A DNA stretch of 51,974 nt from Paraglomus brasilianum (GCA_910592345.1 CAJVPI010000119.1:1-51974), one strand, 5' to 3'. Numbered from the stretch's first letter, positions 1 through 14,997 are shown. Notes: a model not told the origin generated them from the sequence alone. Program-made: numbers and translations.

Positions 1-461
1 TTGAGATATGAATTTTTGAACTCTTATGACTGAAACCCCGAAATATGTCATGGTAAAAACTTTGGTGTTTAGAAATTTTGCTGGAGACATCCAATCAAGC
101 TGAAATTTTACAAGTTATTAGGTCTATATACAGCAAAATCTTCAAAGGTAATAAACGAGACAAGAGATGTATTAGAATAAGAGGATAAAGTTCTTTTGGT
201 TTGATAACACCTCTCACTCTTACTCTTACAAGGGCAAATAAAACGTTTATCACAAATACAACAGATAGTATTTTACTTCTCACTTTCTGTGATTTTAAAA
301 GATGATGCTGGGTCAATAAACTTTATATATTCCGATGTGAGTAAACCAAATACTTTTATTAAATCAGATTATTATAAGCTATGCACAATAATGACATTTA
401 TAAACTACAGTAGAAATTTATGCCATAAAACGTTTTTCAACAAGTCATCATAATCAATACA

Positions 462-960
462 TTATACTTCAGGCTTTGGTTTATTGGGTGTATGGGACTC
501 CTTTGCCTCAACTATTGTTACTTTTCCAGGAAGGAATTTTTCTTTCTTGGCTCTTTCCATAATGTGCTTGAATTGAGAAACTGTGGAACACAACAATTTC
601 TGCATGTCATAAGACAAAGAAAGTGAGTGTAAAATCTTAAGTCTTGAATTGGGATGGGATATTACCAACCTTAATTGGCAACGTAATGCGCGCAATTTTA
701 GTTAGCTTCCAAATTTCATCATATGAAGTAAGGATATCAAACTTTCCCAATTCAAATGATGTGTAGAATCTGCCTCCTACATATACTATAAGGACAGCAC
801 AAAGGTAGAACCATGATGATGCAAAACCAGGCATAATTAATTTGTTACAAGCATTTAAAACTTGTTTTGAAAGTGCTCCTCCACTTTATATCTGAGTGTT
901 TTTAATACCTTAAGAATGTCTGAAAATTCTTGGTGTTGTTATCTACTTTAGAGCCTGCAC
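462..960 (-). pseudogene. Decayed fragment of a probable multicopy fungal protein-coding gene
   Basis: ORFs 637..834 and 462..695 join through a frameshift near 690. The frame extends upstream past a stop (LRYKVEEHFQNKF*MLVTKLIMPGFASSWFYL...ESHTPNKPKPEV*). The region is CpG-poor. Family not identified. Confidence 0.4.
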
Positions 961-1424
961 ATAGAGAGAATTCTCAGTCATATGATATTAATATTATTGC
1001 TTTACTTCAGGATCAAGTTTTCATATATTCAATCATAATCAATGAGGGCGTTTTTTGATGAACTAATAACTAATATATTTTATTACTGAGATTCAGATTT
1101 GGACATTTACTATTATACTATATATACTATATTAAAGTTTATATCAATTAGTCTCATTAATATTACCTTATCACAAAAATAATAGTAATATAAACTAAAT
1201 CAATGTGGGATGGACAGTATTATAGTGATCAAAGTGAGGCCTTTCTGTCCTGTTTTAACAATTTTTATATTAAGGAACAAATTATTTTTTATTTACAGCT
1301 TATTTTATCAAAGATTTTATAAAAACCAAATCCTATTCTATTCATTCATTATTGATTTATTTGCACCATTAACCCATAAATTTATAATCACAAAATTGCA
1401 ATTCATATTATAGTATTGTTCCTT

Positions 1425-2610
1425 CTAAATAGCTTTACAATGTTCAGACTGCCGCTCCATCTCTTCAATTTGTGCAAATAAAACCTTAATAGATGGTAAT
1501 ATATTACCTGTATTTGGTGTTGGCATAGGTGGATTAGTAAGTAAAGGTTGTGGTCTAACTATTGGTTGTGGGGATTTAGAGAAAATTAAAGATGGTAAAT
1601 CAAGAAGAATGTCTGCCACAAATGTCTCATCAGTAGTGTACTGTTGTTCTAAGGTGGTTGAAAATGTCATTGGATATAAAGACTTATGATGAGACAGTTG
1701 TGTTGGATAGTATGATGGAAGGTGCAACAAATGCTCTGCAGCTTGATGATCATCTAATGTCATCCCTGTATCCATATCCGCAGAAGCTGTCTCAATGCTA
1801 CTTGCTGTGACTGAACAATGTTCATCTTGAGAAGCTTGTGATGAAGTTTCAACTTCCATTCTGTTTCCATCTTCATCCTCTGACATTGAGAGATATGGAC
1901 CTTCATAACTATTAAACTCATCAACCTCGTCATTATTCTCAACATTGTTAGTGTTCTTGTTTGTATCAATTGTCTGTAACTCTTCACCATAACCTGAATC
2001 ACGGTGCTGCCTTCTTTTACTTTTTTTAGAGCGCATAACTAAATTAGTTGTCCTTGTGATACTTCTTGAGCGAAGGTTCGTTGATTGGTTTACGATTTCA
2101 TTCGTAAAATCACGAAGAATGTTGATCTCCGAACCTTTTGTTGTTACTGACCTTGGTTATTAAGAAAGATTACAATTAGCTATAATTAATTACTGTTAAT
2201 ATATACAAATCAACTGTACAATTAGCTTACTTTCGCATCTCAACCACTCTCTTAACAATGGCAGCATATTCGTCTGCATCCATTGTTGCAGCATCATTAG
2301 CATCTCCCAACAATCGCATTAGTTCTGCATCCCAAGCTCGAGACTTCTTCAACACCTGAATATGTGAGGAGATTTGTTTGTGTGTTCTCGTTACGCCCAT
2401 TTTCGAATAAATGTAATCTGCCAGCAACTGATTCCTGCCATATGGACGGCCATCGACGTATGGTTTTCTTAGACCTATATTTGGAATAGCCTTGAGTGCC
2501 GCAATGAACACTTCTTCCAGCTCCGGCGGCCAGATCTGGTTCTTTGAGGCTGCTAACGTTCGGGCGGGAGTCTCTCTTAGTGAACTGCGACGGGCATTCT
2601 CGTTTGACAT
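1425..2610 (-). CDS. TEA/ATTS-domain transcription factor, 2 exons (2610-2231, 2151-1425), 368 aa
   Basis: TEA motif IWPPELEEVF..AL..IP..G.RK....GRPYGRNQLLADYI....G.TRTHKQISSHIQVLK. Intron 2230-2152 (GTAAGC...GCTAAT...AAG) joins ORF 2227..2610 in frame to ORF 1425..2036. Confidence 0.9.
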
Positions 2611-3665
2611 TGCTTTAGGTAATGCAGAATGTAAATGTCGTTTGAGCGGAGCTGAGTTTGGAATAAAATTCTAGCGCCGGGCGGGTTTTATTATAAATTG
2701 ATTGTAGCTAAGGGGATCGGGAAGTTTGAAGTAAGGCTGGATTCAGTCGCTCAAAACGGGATGGCCAACGTCGGTTTATGACCAAAGAGTAGAGGGTGAG
2801 AGGTCACGCGGAAGAGGAGTATTTAAGGACATTCGACAGATCTCTTTGGTCGCGTATTGTCTGCTTACAAACGCGCCATTTGTTGTTAGGTTGGTCTTTG
2901 AAATACATCAGCGATAGTAAAGAAACTGTTTATTGTAAACAACCTCGCGAGAAGAATTGCTTAAATATTTATTCTCCTAATAACGTGTTCACGAATAGGA
3001 TGACGCGTACAAATTGTGACACCGAAGATCATTGTGCTCGGTATACCTGATGACGCGAAGAACGCATCCCGAAATATTAAAATTTGTTTCTTAGTAGACC
3101 AAGGAACTCGCCCTCACTATTACCGGTCAAGTACTGAATTGGTTATGCTTTATTTATTCTCTCCAATAATAAATGGTTATAATTCTCTTTAATGTGCTAG
3201 AAAACCGATTACAATGCAATAATCTATGGCTTCAATATACATTGTTCTCTATGAACTCTGCTTATTCCTTTTACAGTTGGGAACATGCATCGATCATTAT
3301 GTCAATCTATAGTCTATTATATTTCGTTCATATACATTGTATTAAAATAAAATCTGCATAGGATATTAAAAATCTAAAGAATTTATACAAGAATGAAAAT
3401 CAGTACTCGGTTACACACAGGTTGTAACCATATCTTTATTTCAGATCAGTATGCCAAACGTCTCCTGAACGTATGTGCAAGATCAAGAAAGTTCATGCAG
3501 AGATGACTTTATTTCAACGGAAGAAATTCTCGCAGCAAGCGAGCAGGGGTTCACACCGTCGAATTAATTATGAAGTGATTGTGTGCTGTTGGCCTTTGCC
3601 GGTTTATAATTTACATTGATATAATCCTTACGACTATGTAATCTTTTTCGCTATACACATAATTA

Positions 3666-5552
3666 TCATGTAGGGGCGAATGTAGAAAAACTGTTTGGAG
3701 CCCCATCATATGGATTCCATTCAATAGCCTTTCCTTCTTCATCAGCATATTCCCAGAACTCTTCCGACTTTACATCAGTAGCAATCACCGTACATTTGTA
3801 ATGTAACGGGTCGTATGCACATGCTATCGGGTTATCACACAGACCGAGTTCCTTGCAGAGAATTGGATGAGATGAATATTGACTCAGCATCATATCGGCA
3901 GCTTGAGCTATCTTGTTGACATTGTCATCCAGTATAGACCACCAGGAAGACTTGTCCGTTATTGATTTGTCTGGTGTTAGTTCGCCAATCTGAAGCATCT
4001 TGGCCGCTAAGAATACTGCTGCACTAGCAATAGTCTTCGCTTTAACAAACAGACATAAAGGTCCGTAAAGACTGTTATCAATAAGAGCCCACGCGCGTGT
4101 TTTAAGAATGTCCTTTGGTTCTTGATTTTTCAAATAATCAATAGCATATGCCAATGTCTGATATCGAAATAATTCGGATGTTGGATCACAATCAGCAAAA
4201 TACCGTTTATAATTTGCATATTCCGGTCCATCGGGTTGATTTGAAGCACCCTTCGATGCATCGTCAGCATTATTAAGTTCCGGTGGAGTCGCCTCGCCTT
4301 CTTCGTGACCAGGCTTAATACTATCACAATGTATTCCAGTTGATTGAGTCTTGCATGTATTTTTGCTATTCCTTGTATCACCCCCATTTTTTTCAGTCGC
4401 AGTTTCCTTGCCAGCCTTTACCAAAGCATCACTATTCTGTTGTATTATGTCCTCTTGTCGAACACTGATTGGTGTTACTTCTCCATCCTCTGTCTTAATT
4501 AACTCAATGTCCTTTATTGATTCATTCGACTTTACAGAATCGGCATCCCCATTAGACGTATTCAGTCCAATATTCCTACACCCAACACCATTCTCATGTT
4601 TACTTGCATCATGACTCTTATCATCGATACTCTTATCGCTCCTACCCGGCCCGTTTTGCACAAGACTATGTGAGGCAAGCCATTTCTCAACCATCTCCTT
4701 CTGAGCTGAATCCTTCGCATAGAAATCATCAATGTGTTCAATTTTGACCATATCGTTCGTTATCTTTAGCGAATCCACCAATGCTAGCACAAATAAGTAT
4801 GGATGCTCCACGCTCAAATCAAAGTTCAACGTCGCCATTACGACTGGTTCTCTCTTTCTTATTGTACTATTCCACTTCTCACACTCCTTCGGATCATCCC
4901 ATGTATCTTTCTTGTGTGCTCTTCGCGCGCAGATTGTCGCTACATGTGCTAGTCGACGAGTACTTTCTTCCGTCTTGCACGATAGAAAAAGGCACGTTCC
5001 TGCTATATCATAATGATGAAAATGTGCTAATGACTCACGCATGTAGAATCTATGAAAATAGATACAGGCTGTTGCCAACACTATCTTATGCAATTTTAAA
5101 TCGTGCGCACAGTCATGTATGAACTTAATGCCTTTCGATCGACGGATCAACTCTTCGGTGGAATTAATACCATCTCGACGAGACGGAGTTTGCCGGAAGT
5201 GAGTTGTGCTGAAAAGCCACTGCACATCATATGCCTCTTGAAAATTTGTCTTATTGGCTTTCGTTTCCGCAGGATCGCTCGGTGAACCATCGTCCGATCC
5301 AAATGCTTTAAATTCGGATTCACTCTTTTCTTTAGGCGTTAATTCGTCTTTAATCTCGTCTTCTATCTCCAGCCCTTGATCCTCCACCACCAAAAGTTCT
5401 TCTTCCTTCGTTTCTCGACGCTTGTTTGGTCGGACATCATTTCCCTCACTCTTTCTTTTTTTGCCTGTTTTGACAGACGTACATTCTGATGACAAACTGT
5501 CTGGACTTGCAAAAGGAGGTGACCCACCACCAGAGCTATGTGGAGATGTCAT
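3666..5552 (-). CDS. Transcriptional cyclin (cyclin T/K, Pch1-like), intronless
   Basis: QWLF...TPSRRDG...EE...R.KG..FI...LATACIYFHRFYMRES...CLFLSCKTEE...LNFDLSVEHPY cyclin box; second box remnant AWALIDNSLYGPLCL...IASAAVFLA. First ATG at 5552; the track start at 5597 is a TTG. Confidence 0.88.
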   Translation of the reverse strand: MTSPHSSGGGSPPFASPDSLSSECTSVKTGKKRKSEGNDVRPNKRRETKEEELLVVEDQGLEIEDEIKDELTPKEKSESEFKAFGSDDGSPSDPAETKANKTNFQEAYDVQWLFSTTHFRQTPSRRDGINSTEELIRRSKGIKFIHDCAHDLKLHKIVLATACIYFHRFYMRESLAHFHHYDIAGTCLFLSCKTEESTRRLAHVATICARRAHKKDTWDDPKECEKWNSTIRKREPVVMATLNFDLSVEHPYLFVLALVDSLKITNDMVKIEHIDDFYAKDSAQKEMVEKWLASHSLVQNGPGRSDKSIDDKSHDASKHENGVGCRNIGLNTSNGDADSVKSNESIKDIELIKTEDGEVTPISVRQEDIIQQNSDALVKAGKETATEKNGGDTRNSKNTCKTQSTGIHCDSIKPGHEEGEATPPELNNADDASKGASNQPDGPEYANYKRYFADCDPTSELFRYQTLAYAIDYLKNQEPKDILKTRAWALIDNSLYGPLCLFVKAKTIASAAVFLAAKMLQIGELTPDKSITDKSSWWSILDDNVNKIAQAADMMLSQYSSHPILCKELGLCDNPIACAYDPLHYKCTVIATDVKSEEFWEYADEEGKAIEWNPYDGAPNSFSTFAPT

Positions 5553-5711
5553 TTCGATCGCAAAAGTCGCTGAAAAAATTTCAGTTTTTCTTTCCAAGCT
5601 GTCCCCAGAGAAGAGGTATATTCACGTGAACCGCAGATGATCGACCAATAAGACGAATGCAGATAATTTTTTGCGGGTTTCTCGAATTCTTTTGCAATAC
5701 AAGCGTTGAAT

Positions 5712-6497
5712 ATGCAAGCATTGCACAGATCGCGAGCGCTTATTTGCTTCTTAAAGAACAAGCCTGCTTTACGAAGATTCCGTGTCACCAATAGTTTGAA
5801 TATACATTCCCGCTCACCTTTATTACAACAGACTGCACTGTGGACGACCGTTCCAGTACGGTATGCAACGTCACTTCCAGACCAACCACAGTTTGATTTG
5901 TCCAATCCACTATTAGTCAAGATTGCAAGCAATCCAGAATTAGTGTCTACTTTGCAAGAGTTTGCTGAATTATTACAGACAAAGGGAATCGACGTTACAA
6001 GTGGGGAACCTCCACCTATTACAGAAGCAATGAAACTTTTTTCTGATCCACAGGTCAGAGAAGTTTCTGGCAGAATTGCACGCGGTTTACAAGCTGTTGG
6101 AGTCCCATTAGATCCACAAGCGTTGATGGCAATGATGCCAAAACATACGACGAACGTTCACGCAACTGAAAAACTGGAAAGCACATCTTTCCAGCAATTG
6201 GAAGAGAAAGTTTCAGAAATAGATCATGATATTTTGGGGAGTGAACAGAAAATTTTAGAGAAAGAACAGGATATTTTAAAGAAAGAGCAGAAGATTTTAG
6301 AGAAAGAACAGAAGGCTTTAGAGGAAGAGCAGAATGTTTTAGAGAAAGAACAGGATATTTTGGGGAAAGAGCAGAAAGTTTCAGGAGTAGAGCAGAAAGT
6401 TTCAGGAGTAGAACAGAAAGTTTCAGAGGTAGAACAGATGGGGACCATTGGGAAATTTACGACTAAGATCAAATCCTTCTTCAACTCATTATTTTGA
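5712..6497 (+). CDS. Hypothetical protein, probable mitochondrial presequence, C-terminal heptad repeats
   Basis: Long ORF from ATG 5712. N-terminus is Arg/Ser-rich with no acidic residues up to ...VRYATS; helical middle domain; EQKILEK/EQKVSGV repeats. Confidence 0.7.
   Translation: MQALHRSRALICFLKNKPALRRFRVTNSLNIHSRSPLLQQTALWTTVPVRYATSLPDQPQFDLSNPLLVKIASNPELVSTLQEFAELLQTKGIDVTSGEPPPITEAMKLFSDPQVREVSGRIARGLQAVGVPLDPQALMAMMPKHTTNVHATEKLESTSFQQLEEKVSEIDHDILGSEQKILEKEQDILKKEQKILEKEQKALEEEQNVLEKEQDILGKEQKVSGVEQKVSGVEQKVSEVEQMGTIGKFTTKIKSFFNSLF
6205..6437 (+). repeat. 21-bp coding tandem repeat (heptad coiled coil)
   Basis: Repeated GAACAG/GAGCAG-AAG-ATTTTA-GAGAAA units followed by GAGCAGAAAGTTTCAGGAGTA units. 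Confidence 0.85.
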
Positions 6498-6984
6498 TTC
6501 ATTTCACTATCATACATGTTTCATAAATCAAGGACTTTCTCAATCTATCATCTATTCAATTCTCTAACATATCTAATATCTGGGTTTATTTTATTCACCC
6601 TACATCAGACTAACCTGCTTGTTTAATTTTTGATAGCTTCTAAGTGCACATCAATTACCCATCATAATGTTGTATAAAAGTTCCTTGTCCATACAATGGC
6701 TCTATTTTTTATCAACTGATTTGTTCAACATGATATATGAATGTTTATCAAGCTTATTACTATATTTGCTATGAATATGAATACCACATGTGTCTTATTA
6801 CAAATGCCAGCCTACATGGCTATTCCTCCACATATCAATACAGAACTGACTTGTTATCCTATTACAAATATAATCTAGAGAACTTGCACAAGCATTAGTG
6901 ATGCAGTGATTGCAGCCGCATGTGAGAAATTGTTATTTGCATTATTTGAGATTAAAATTGTATCAGGTAATGTAAAATGCTCTT

Positions 6985-7033
6985 ACTCTCGTGGTAAGAT
7001 TGCGAATATTACTCGGGTGACATCCTACCCATC
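6985..7033 (-). mobile_element. LTR-like terminus remnant with adjacent purine tract
   Basis: Minus strand reads GATGGGTAGGA-TGTCACCCGAGTAATATTC. The 19-mer recurs exactly on the plus strand at 30698-30716. Confidence 0.4.
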
Positions 7034-9304
7034 GATTGGATGATCATGGATCAGTAGAATGTAAACAACGTGCCATCACCAACGAAGTATTATTATTATG
7101 TAACGTGGTTATATATATACAGCACTGTTCAAAAGTAGTTCGTGGCAGGAACGAGTAAATGCTTTGAAATTTCCTTGCGTATAGTGTAACACAAATACTG
7201 GATGTTTGGAGAAGACATTTGAATTTAGGATTTGTGAAATACTGTACGCAAGGAAATTTATAGCTTGATGGATACTCAAACCCAAAACCATTAATGAATA
7301 TCCCTATACTTGATTACGCTAGTGAACTCTATTCATACATTATTGTTATTGACGCCTTATTTTTTTTCTTTAATGACCTATTCTTGAACTGCTTTTCTCT
7401 GGTCATTTTTCATAAATCGGTTTCTCGTCGATAAAAGTTACCCAGTGTAGCGAATTTGAGTGTGCACTTTGTTAAATGAAAAGTTTGAGTTTAGTCAGAT
7501 CTCCTGTCGAATAAAGTTTCCCACAAGTTTTTAATCTTTAGCGAATAGCGTTTCTCACTGTACAATTCACCGAGTTTTAGATTCCCTAGTTATTTCAAAC
7601 TTTTGATTTATATCGCAGATTAAAATAAGTTTTATAATGAAACAAAGGGCCGATGACGAGTCCAATCAACGGCTGCTTGAAGTTCCAACGTGTACTCAGA
7701 TGCTCGCCGTCGTTTTTCCTACGGGGGACGCGTGCGCATGTAGTTGTCGTTTTAATATTGTGGTCGGACGTCACATTATAGGCGCTTTTAAGTCATGTGA
7801 AATGTTCGGTGACCGTTATTTTGGTACATTCTTTCCCTTCGGCAAGCGGTCCAAGGTGGCTTGATTATAAAGATAATGAGGCTTTCATTCATTCCCTCGT
7901 GGTTCTTGGCTAGAACTTTGACGACCCTTATACCGTCTTGATAAATTAAGGAGCAACACTGTAATCTTTCCGTCCATAATAATAGTGAAATCATTTTTTA
8001 CATGATTGTTTTATACGAAAAGCTAAATTTATTTAAAATTAGGAGAAATGGACAAAAGGTATATCAAAAAAGTTATACGGCAATTAATATTAGTAGTCAA
8101 ATAACGAATTACGTGACTTTTGAGACGCGATGTATTTAAAAATTCGTATCTCCACATATATCCAAGATATTCTAGCAAATTTTTTTCTAAAAAATGTAGC
8201 AATGGTAATGCTTTGAAATGAGTGAAAGTTATTTTATCATGTCCGACAATTTAACAAAAAAATGTCCGTAACGTATAAAATCATCAATTTATTACCCAAA
8301 ATATGTGCCTTAGTAAAAAATTTGTCGTCATATAAATGTACACAAATTTGATAGATTAATTAGAACTAATGCTGGTTTATTTGGTCCAAATTTCAGAATA
8401 TTTGCATCATTACTTGTTGAGTAATTTAAATTTAATCTCTTTTTTATCGATTGTATACATTTGGTAGGTCAGTTAGTGTATATGGAAAAAGTACTCATGT
8501 ACATCTTGCACAGTACATGCCATATTCTCTTTCCGGCGAACGTCTCCCTGATTGTTGTTCAACCTTCTGCTACGCGTCATCTTCCGTCCATCCGTTATCG
8601 TTCAATCTCTACTGCGCTTCCATATCGCATCAATCCACCATCCCTCAAACGTCTCGCCAGACATCCACTGTATTACCTCCTCACACCATCCCATATCGAT
8701 AGATTCTCAAACCTCCAATCAAGCATCCATCAGTTCCAGCCGTGCGAAATTAGGTGTTTCAAGGAGAGGGAAGGAGATAATTGTCAGTGAGGGTTCGTGA
8801 CCATGTTCATGTTGGTTTATTGTGAGTTAACGGAGGGCATAGAACATGTATTTTAGCGAATCATGTGGTTTTTATTCAGCAAATTTCAGTATTCAAAAAA
8901 AAGTTTCTATTGACATCTTACAGTATTAGTGTTCCTCGCTGCTTAATTAATCATGCCAGAAGGGCTTGTTTTACATTTTGTGTTGTGACATGAACATTTC
9001 TAATTTATTTGGTGCCGATTTTTCTTACTATAATGACAGTATAATAGCAACCATTTACAAGTCATCAGATGCATTAGCATTTCATTCTATCATTATCGCA
9101 TTCCGATTGATAAAACCATTCATCTAACTGTTTGTAATGTTGACTGTCTTGTACCCCTGATATATCAAATTATAGTATACAATTTGCGCAGGATGATCTT
9201 CAGCAATGGATTGTAACTGCATCGGAACTATATACTGACTTCTAACATTGGTTACATGCAAGTCATTAAATGCTGCAAAGTTATGTAATTTTAAGTCACA
9301 GTCA

Positions 9305-12030
<2,726 letters not shown>

Positions 12031-12294
12031 CTTTTCTACACAACACACCGTCAGTCGGAGGGAGTTAGAGTATGGTACGGATCATCTACAACTCGAAATA
12101 AACTACCTAGCTTTCAAAACTCTAGGCTTTATATTAGAGAGTATAGAAAAAATTAATTCGTATGAATGATGGAACAGGATAAAAATCGCACACCGCATCA
12201 TAATTTCAGAGGTTTAAATTTTGAATTCAGAGCATTTTATTGGGGATGTGTCATGTGATTAGATGATCTGCAGAACAAAAATTCTTACCTATTA

Positions 12295-12507
12295 TACACA
12301 GTGACTCTCTTTATAGTGTATCAAAAAAATCTACTAGTAAAAAATTCTCAAAAATACACTATATCGAGAGTTATTGAAAATTTATTAGTAAATACACTAT
12401 ATCGGATAGCATTCATTATAGATGGTTTTGAACCTTTATCCACTATATCGCGATTTTAATTAGTCTCCACTATAAAGGAGGTACACTATAAAGAGAGCCA
12501 CTGTGTA
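12295..12507. mobile_element. MITE (Tc1/mariner-pogo type)
   Basis: 26-bp inverted repeats including the terminal TA: TACACAGTGACTCTCTTTATAGTGTA and TACACTATAAAGAGAGCCACTGTGTA (1 mismatch). Internal CACTATA(TCG) repeats. Confidence 0.85.
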
Positions 12508-13137
12508 ATTACTTTTGATAGTTCGGTTACAATTGCTAACTTATGTGGTGCGATATTGTATGATGAAGCATAAGATCTATTATGTTCTGCTTCTAGCGGT
12601 ATACTATTTGCATAAAGCTTTCATGGGAATAAACTCAAAGCCTGTGGGCATGCTAAACGTCGATTAGTAGAGGTAGTCAAAGACCTCGCTCGAAAAGTTA
12701 AATCTCAAGGTCAATATACGGACGTGTATTGATCCGACAATAAATTAATATGTGAAAGACGCTTTTCTATTCCATTAACATTACATATTTATTTACATAC
12801 TAATGCAATATGTATATATTTACATTGATAAAATGCCAAAATGTGCTATACACTGCTTGGATATCAGACACTCATGCTGGAGATAATCATCTTACTGACA
12901 TATTAATAGCTCACATTTAAAACAATGTGTGGAAAGGCAGTTCATCAATCTTTTTTTGTTGTTGCATTCCTTGTTCTATTGTAGACCCATTGAGTAGGAA
13001 AATTACCATGTGTTAGTTCACATGTGATCTCAGAGTTGTTTTCACATGCAACTATCTAATCTCATTTTCTATGGTAAATAGCATCTTTCTTTTGTGTTAA
13101 CAGATTATAATTACATTTCTGGGATAATACATAGCTT

Positions 13138-13148
13138 ATTATTATTAC

Positions 13149-13179
<31 letters not shown>
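13138..13179. repeat. (ATT)n microsatellite
   Basis: ttattattattactattattattattattattattattatt run. Confidence 0.9.
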
Positions 13180-13624
13180 TACCATGGGTCGTAACGACGT
13201 AAATTGATGACGCATTCCTCCCAGATTTCTGCGAGGTGTTAAATTTTGAACAGAACAATCGCGGGCCTACCCTACCGTAAGTGCAGCAATATAATAATAA
13301 TAGCAACGATAAATGTGAACACGTGAACAGCAGACCCAGTATATTACCAAGTGAGGCTTTTCGTTATGACTGCTGTAAGTTTAAGCCATCCTACAAAACG
13401 AAAAGGCGTAATGAATGTCATATACTCGTGGTCTTTATTAGGCGCTGTCATATACCAGTGACTATTATTATACTACAATAGGAACTGTATTGTTGGGTGA
13501 AAATGGTATTTATTTTTCATTGTTGAATTTAAAGATAATTCAATCCTAATGATCATTATGGATATCAATGATGTCAGGTACGCTCCTCACACCATTAATC
13601 ATACTTCTTAAATTGAGTATCTGT

Positions 13625-13910
13625 CTGCTTCGCTAAGTATTATTGCGGGCAGGTTGAACTCGTCTTCAAGTCAAGATACACAACAGTGAACAACTATGAA
13701 ATGCCCCTCTCAAAACTCAAACTCTTCTCCCCTCTCAAAACCCTTAAAAAATGGCTTCAGAAACAATGCCTGCTTCGCTAAGTATTATTGCGGGCAGGTT
13801 GAACTCGTCTTCAAGTCAAGATACACAACGGTGAACAACTATGAAATGTCCCTCTCAAAACTCAAATCTCTTATCCCCTCTCAAAACTCTTAACAAATTG
13901 CTTCAGAAAT
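13625..13910. repeat. Tandem duplication, two ~145-bp units
   Basis: CTGCTTCGCTAAGTATTATTGCGGGCAGGTTGAACTCGTCTTCAAGTCAAGATACACAAC... starts at 13625 and again at 13770. Confidence 0.95.
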
Positions 13911-14116
13911 GCGCGCCGCTTTTTCTCAACGGCAATCACCAAAAACCAAGCGGTGGCAACCGTGTAATGTGCTGAGTCTCTTTCTAGTATTACATTTCAG
14001 AATCGCTCACTCTCTGGAACGGATGCGAGGGGGTTTCTATCAGTGTTGGGGGCGTTCGGCCTGGCCGCCAACCATATGATGGAAGAAAAAATCAAGCGTG
14101 TGACGGGGTCGCAATT

Positions 14117-14480
14117 CTTTTCGGTTTTCGAGACATAATGGATAGTAAACTCTATATTGAAATAGTAGAAAAACATCTCCCGAATGTTGGAGTGGAGGTT
14201 TTAACAGGACAATGATCTTAAACACACCGGTCGCATGGCTAAGAATTTCTTTAAAGAAAATGATCCAGAAATCATGGACTGGCCTTCTAACAGTCCTGAC
14301 CTTAACCCTCTGGGCGATCGTCAAAAGAGAGACAGAAAGGCGCATGCCTAAGATCCTAATGAATTGGAGAGGATTATGGCGGAAGAATGGAATGTCATCC
14401 CAGTCAGCGTTCTAATTAATTCAGTAGTTCCATGAATCGATGATGTTGTGAAGAGGTTATTGAGAAAAATGGCGAATGAA
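14117..14480 (+). pseudogene. Tc1-like (DDE_3) transposase remnant
   Basis: Across frameshifts: IMDSKLYIEIVEKHLP..WRF*QDNDLKHT..MAKNFFKENDPEIMDWPSNSPDLNP..WAIVKRETERRMPK..LERIMAEEWN, the Tc1 QDND/WP..SPDLNP signature. Confidence 0.85.
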
Positions 14481-14997
14481 TATCTTATTCAATAAAATCT
14501 AGCTTTTATTTGATATACGATACATTCTTATGTGTGCAATATTAACAGAGCAACACATTGGTTTCAAGTTTTCCAATTTTTTTCTTCATACTGTATGTTA
14601 TGGGTATTTATTTGTGTTGTGTGTTCACTTTGTCTGGTTTTGTTGAAGCATATCCATATTATCTGTGTTCTCAAGTAATAAAGATTCAACTATATGTCGG
14701 GATGAATATAAATTTAAAGATACATTCTTCAAAGTCACCGGATAAATAAAGTTGTTCCCTAAATGTACACTTTCTGATGCAGTTATCAAAATGATCACAC
14801 TTGATTGACAAACACATTAATATTAAAATATGTTACCATTATTGTAAACTAATTTTCAATTATTAGACACCGTATCTATGGATGCATCTCTATGCTGTCA
14901 ATGTTCAGTATTATTAGACAACTTAACGGTAATTACGCTCAACGCCCATCTAACATAAATTGTCCCTCTCTTCAGTAGAAATAAAAATCCCCTCTGG

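Noticed and set aside
3040..3085. CTGATGA...GAAA hammerhead-like core
   Set aside because: Stem II does not close and stems I/III are not evident.
8451..8800. Three overlapping plus-strand ORFs in a C-rich, strand-skewed patch
   Set aside because: No recognisable motifs; the open frames are explained by composition, or by a decayed minus-strand gene I cannot identify.
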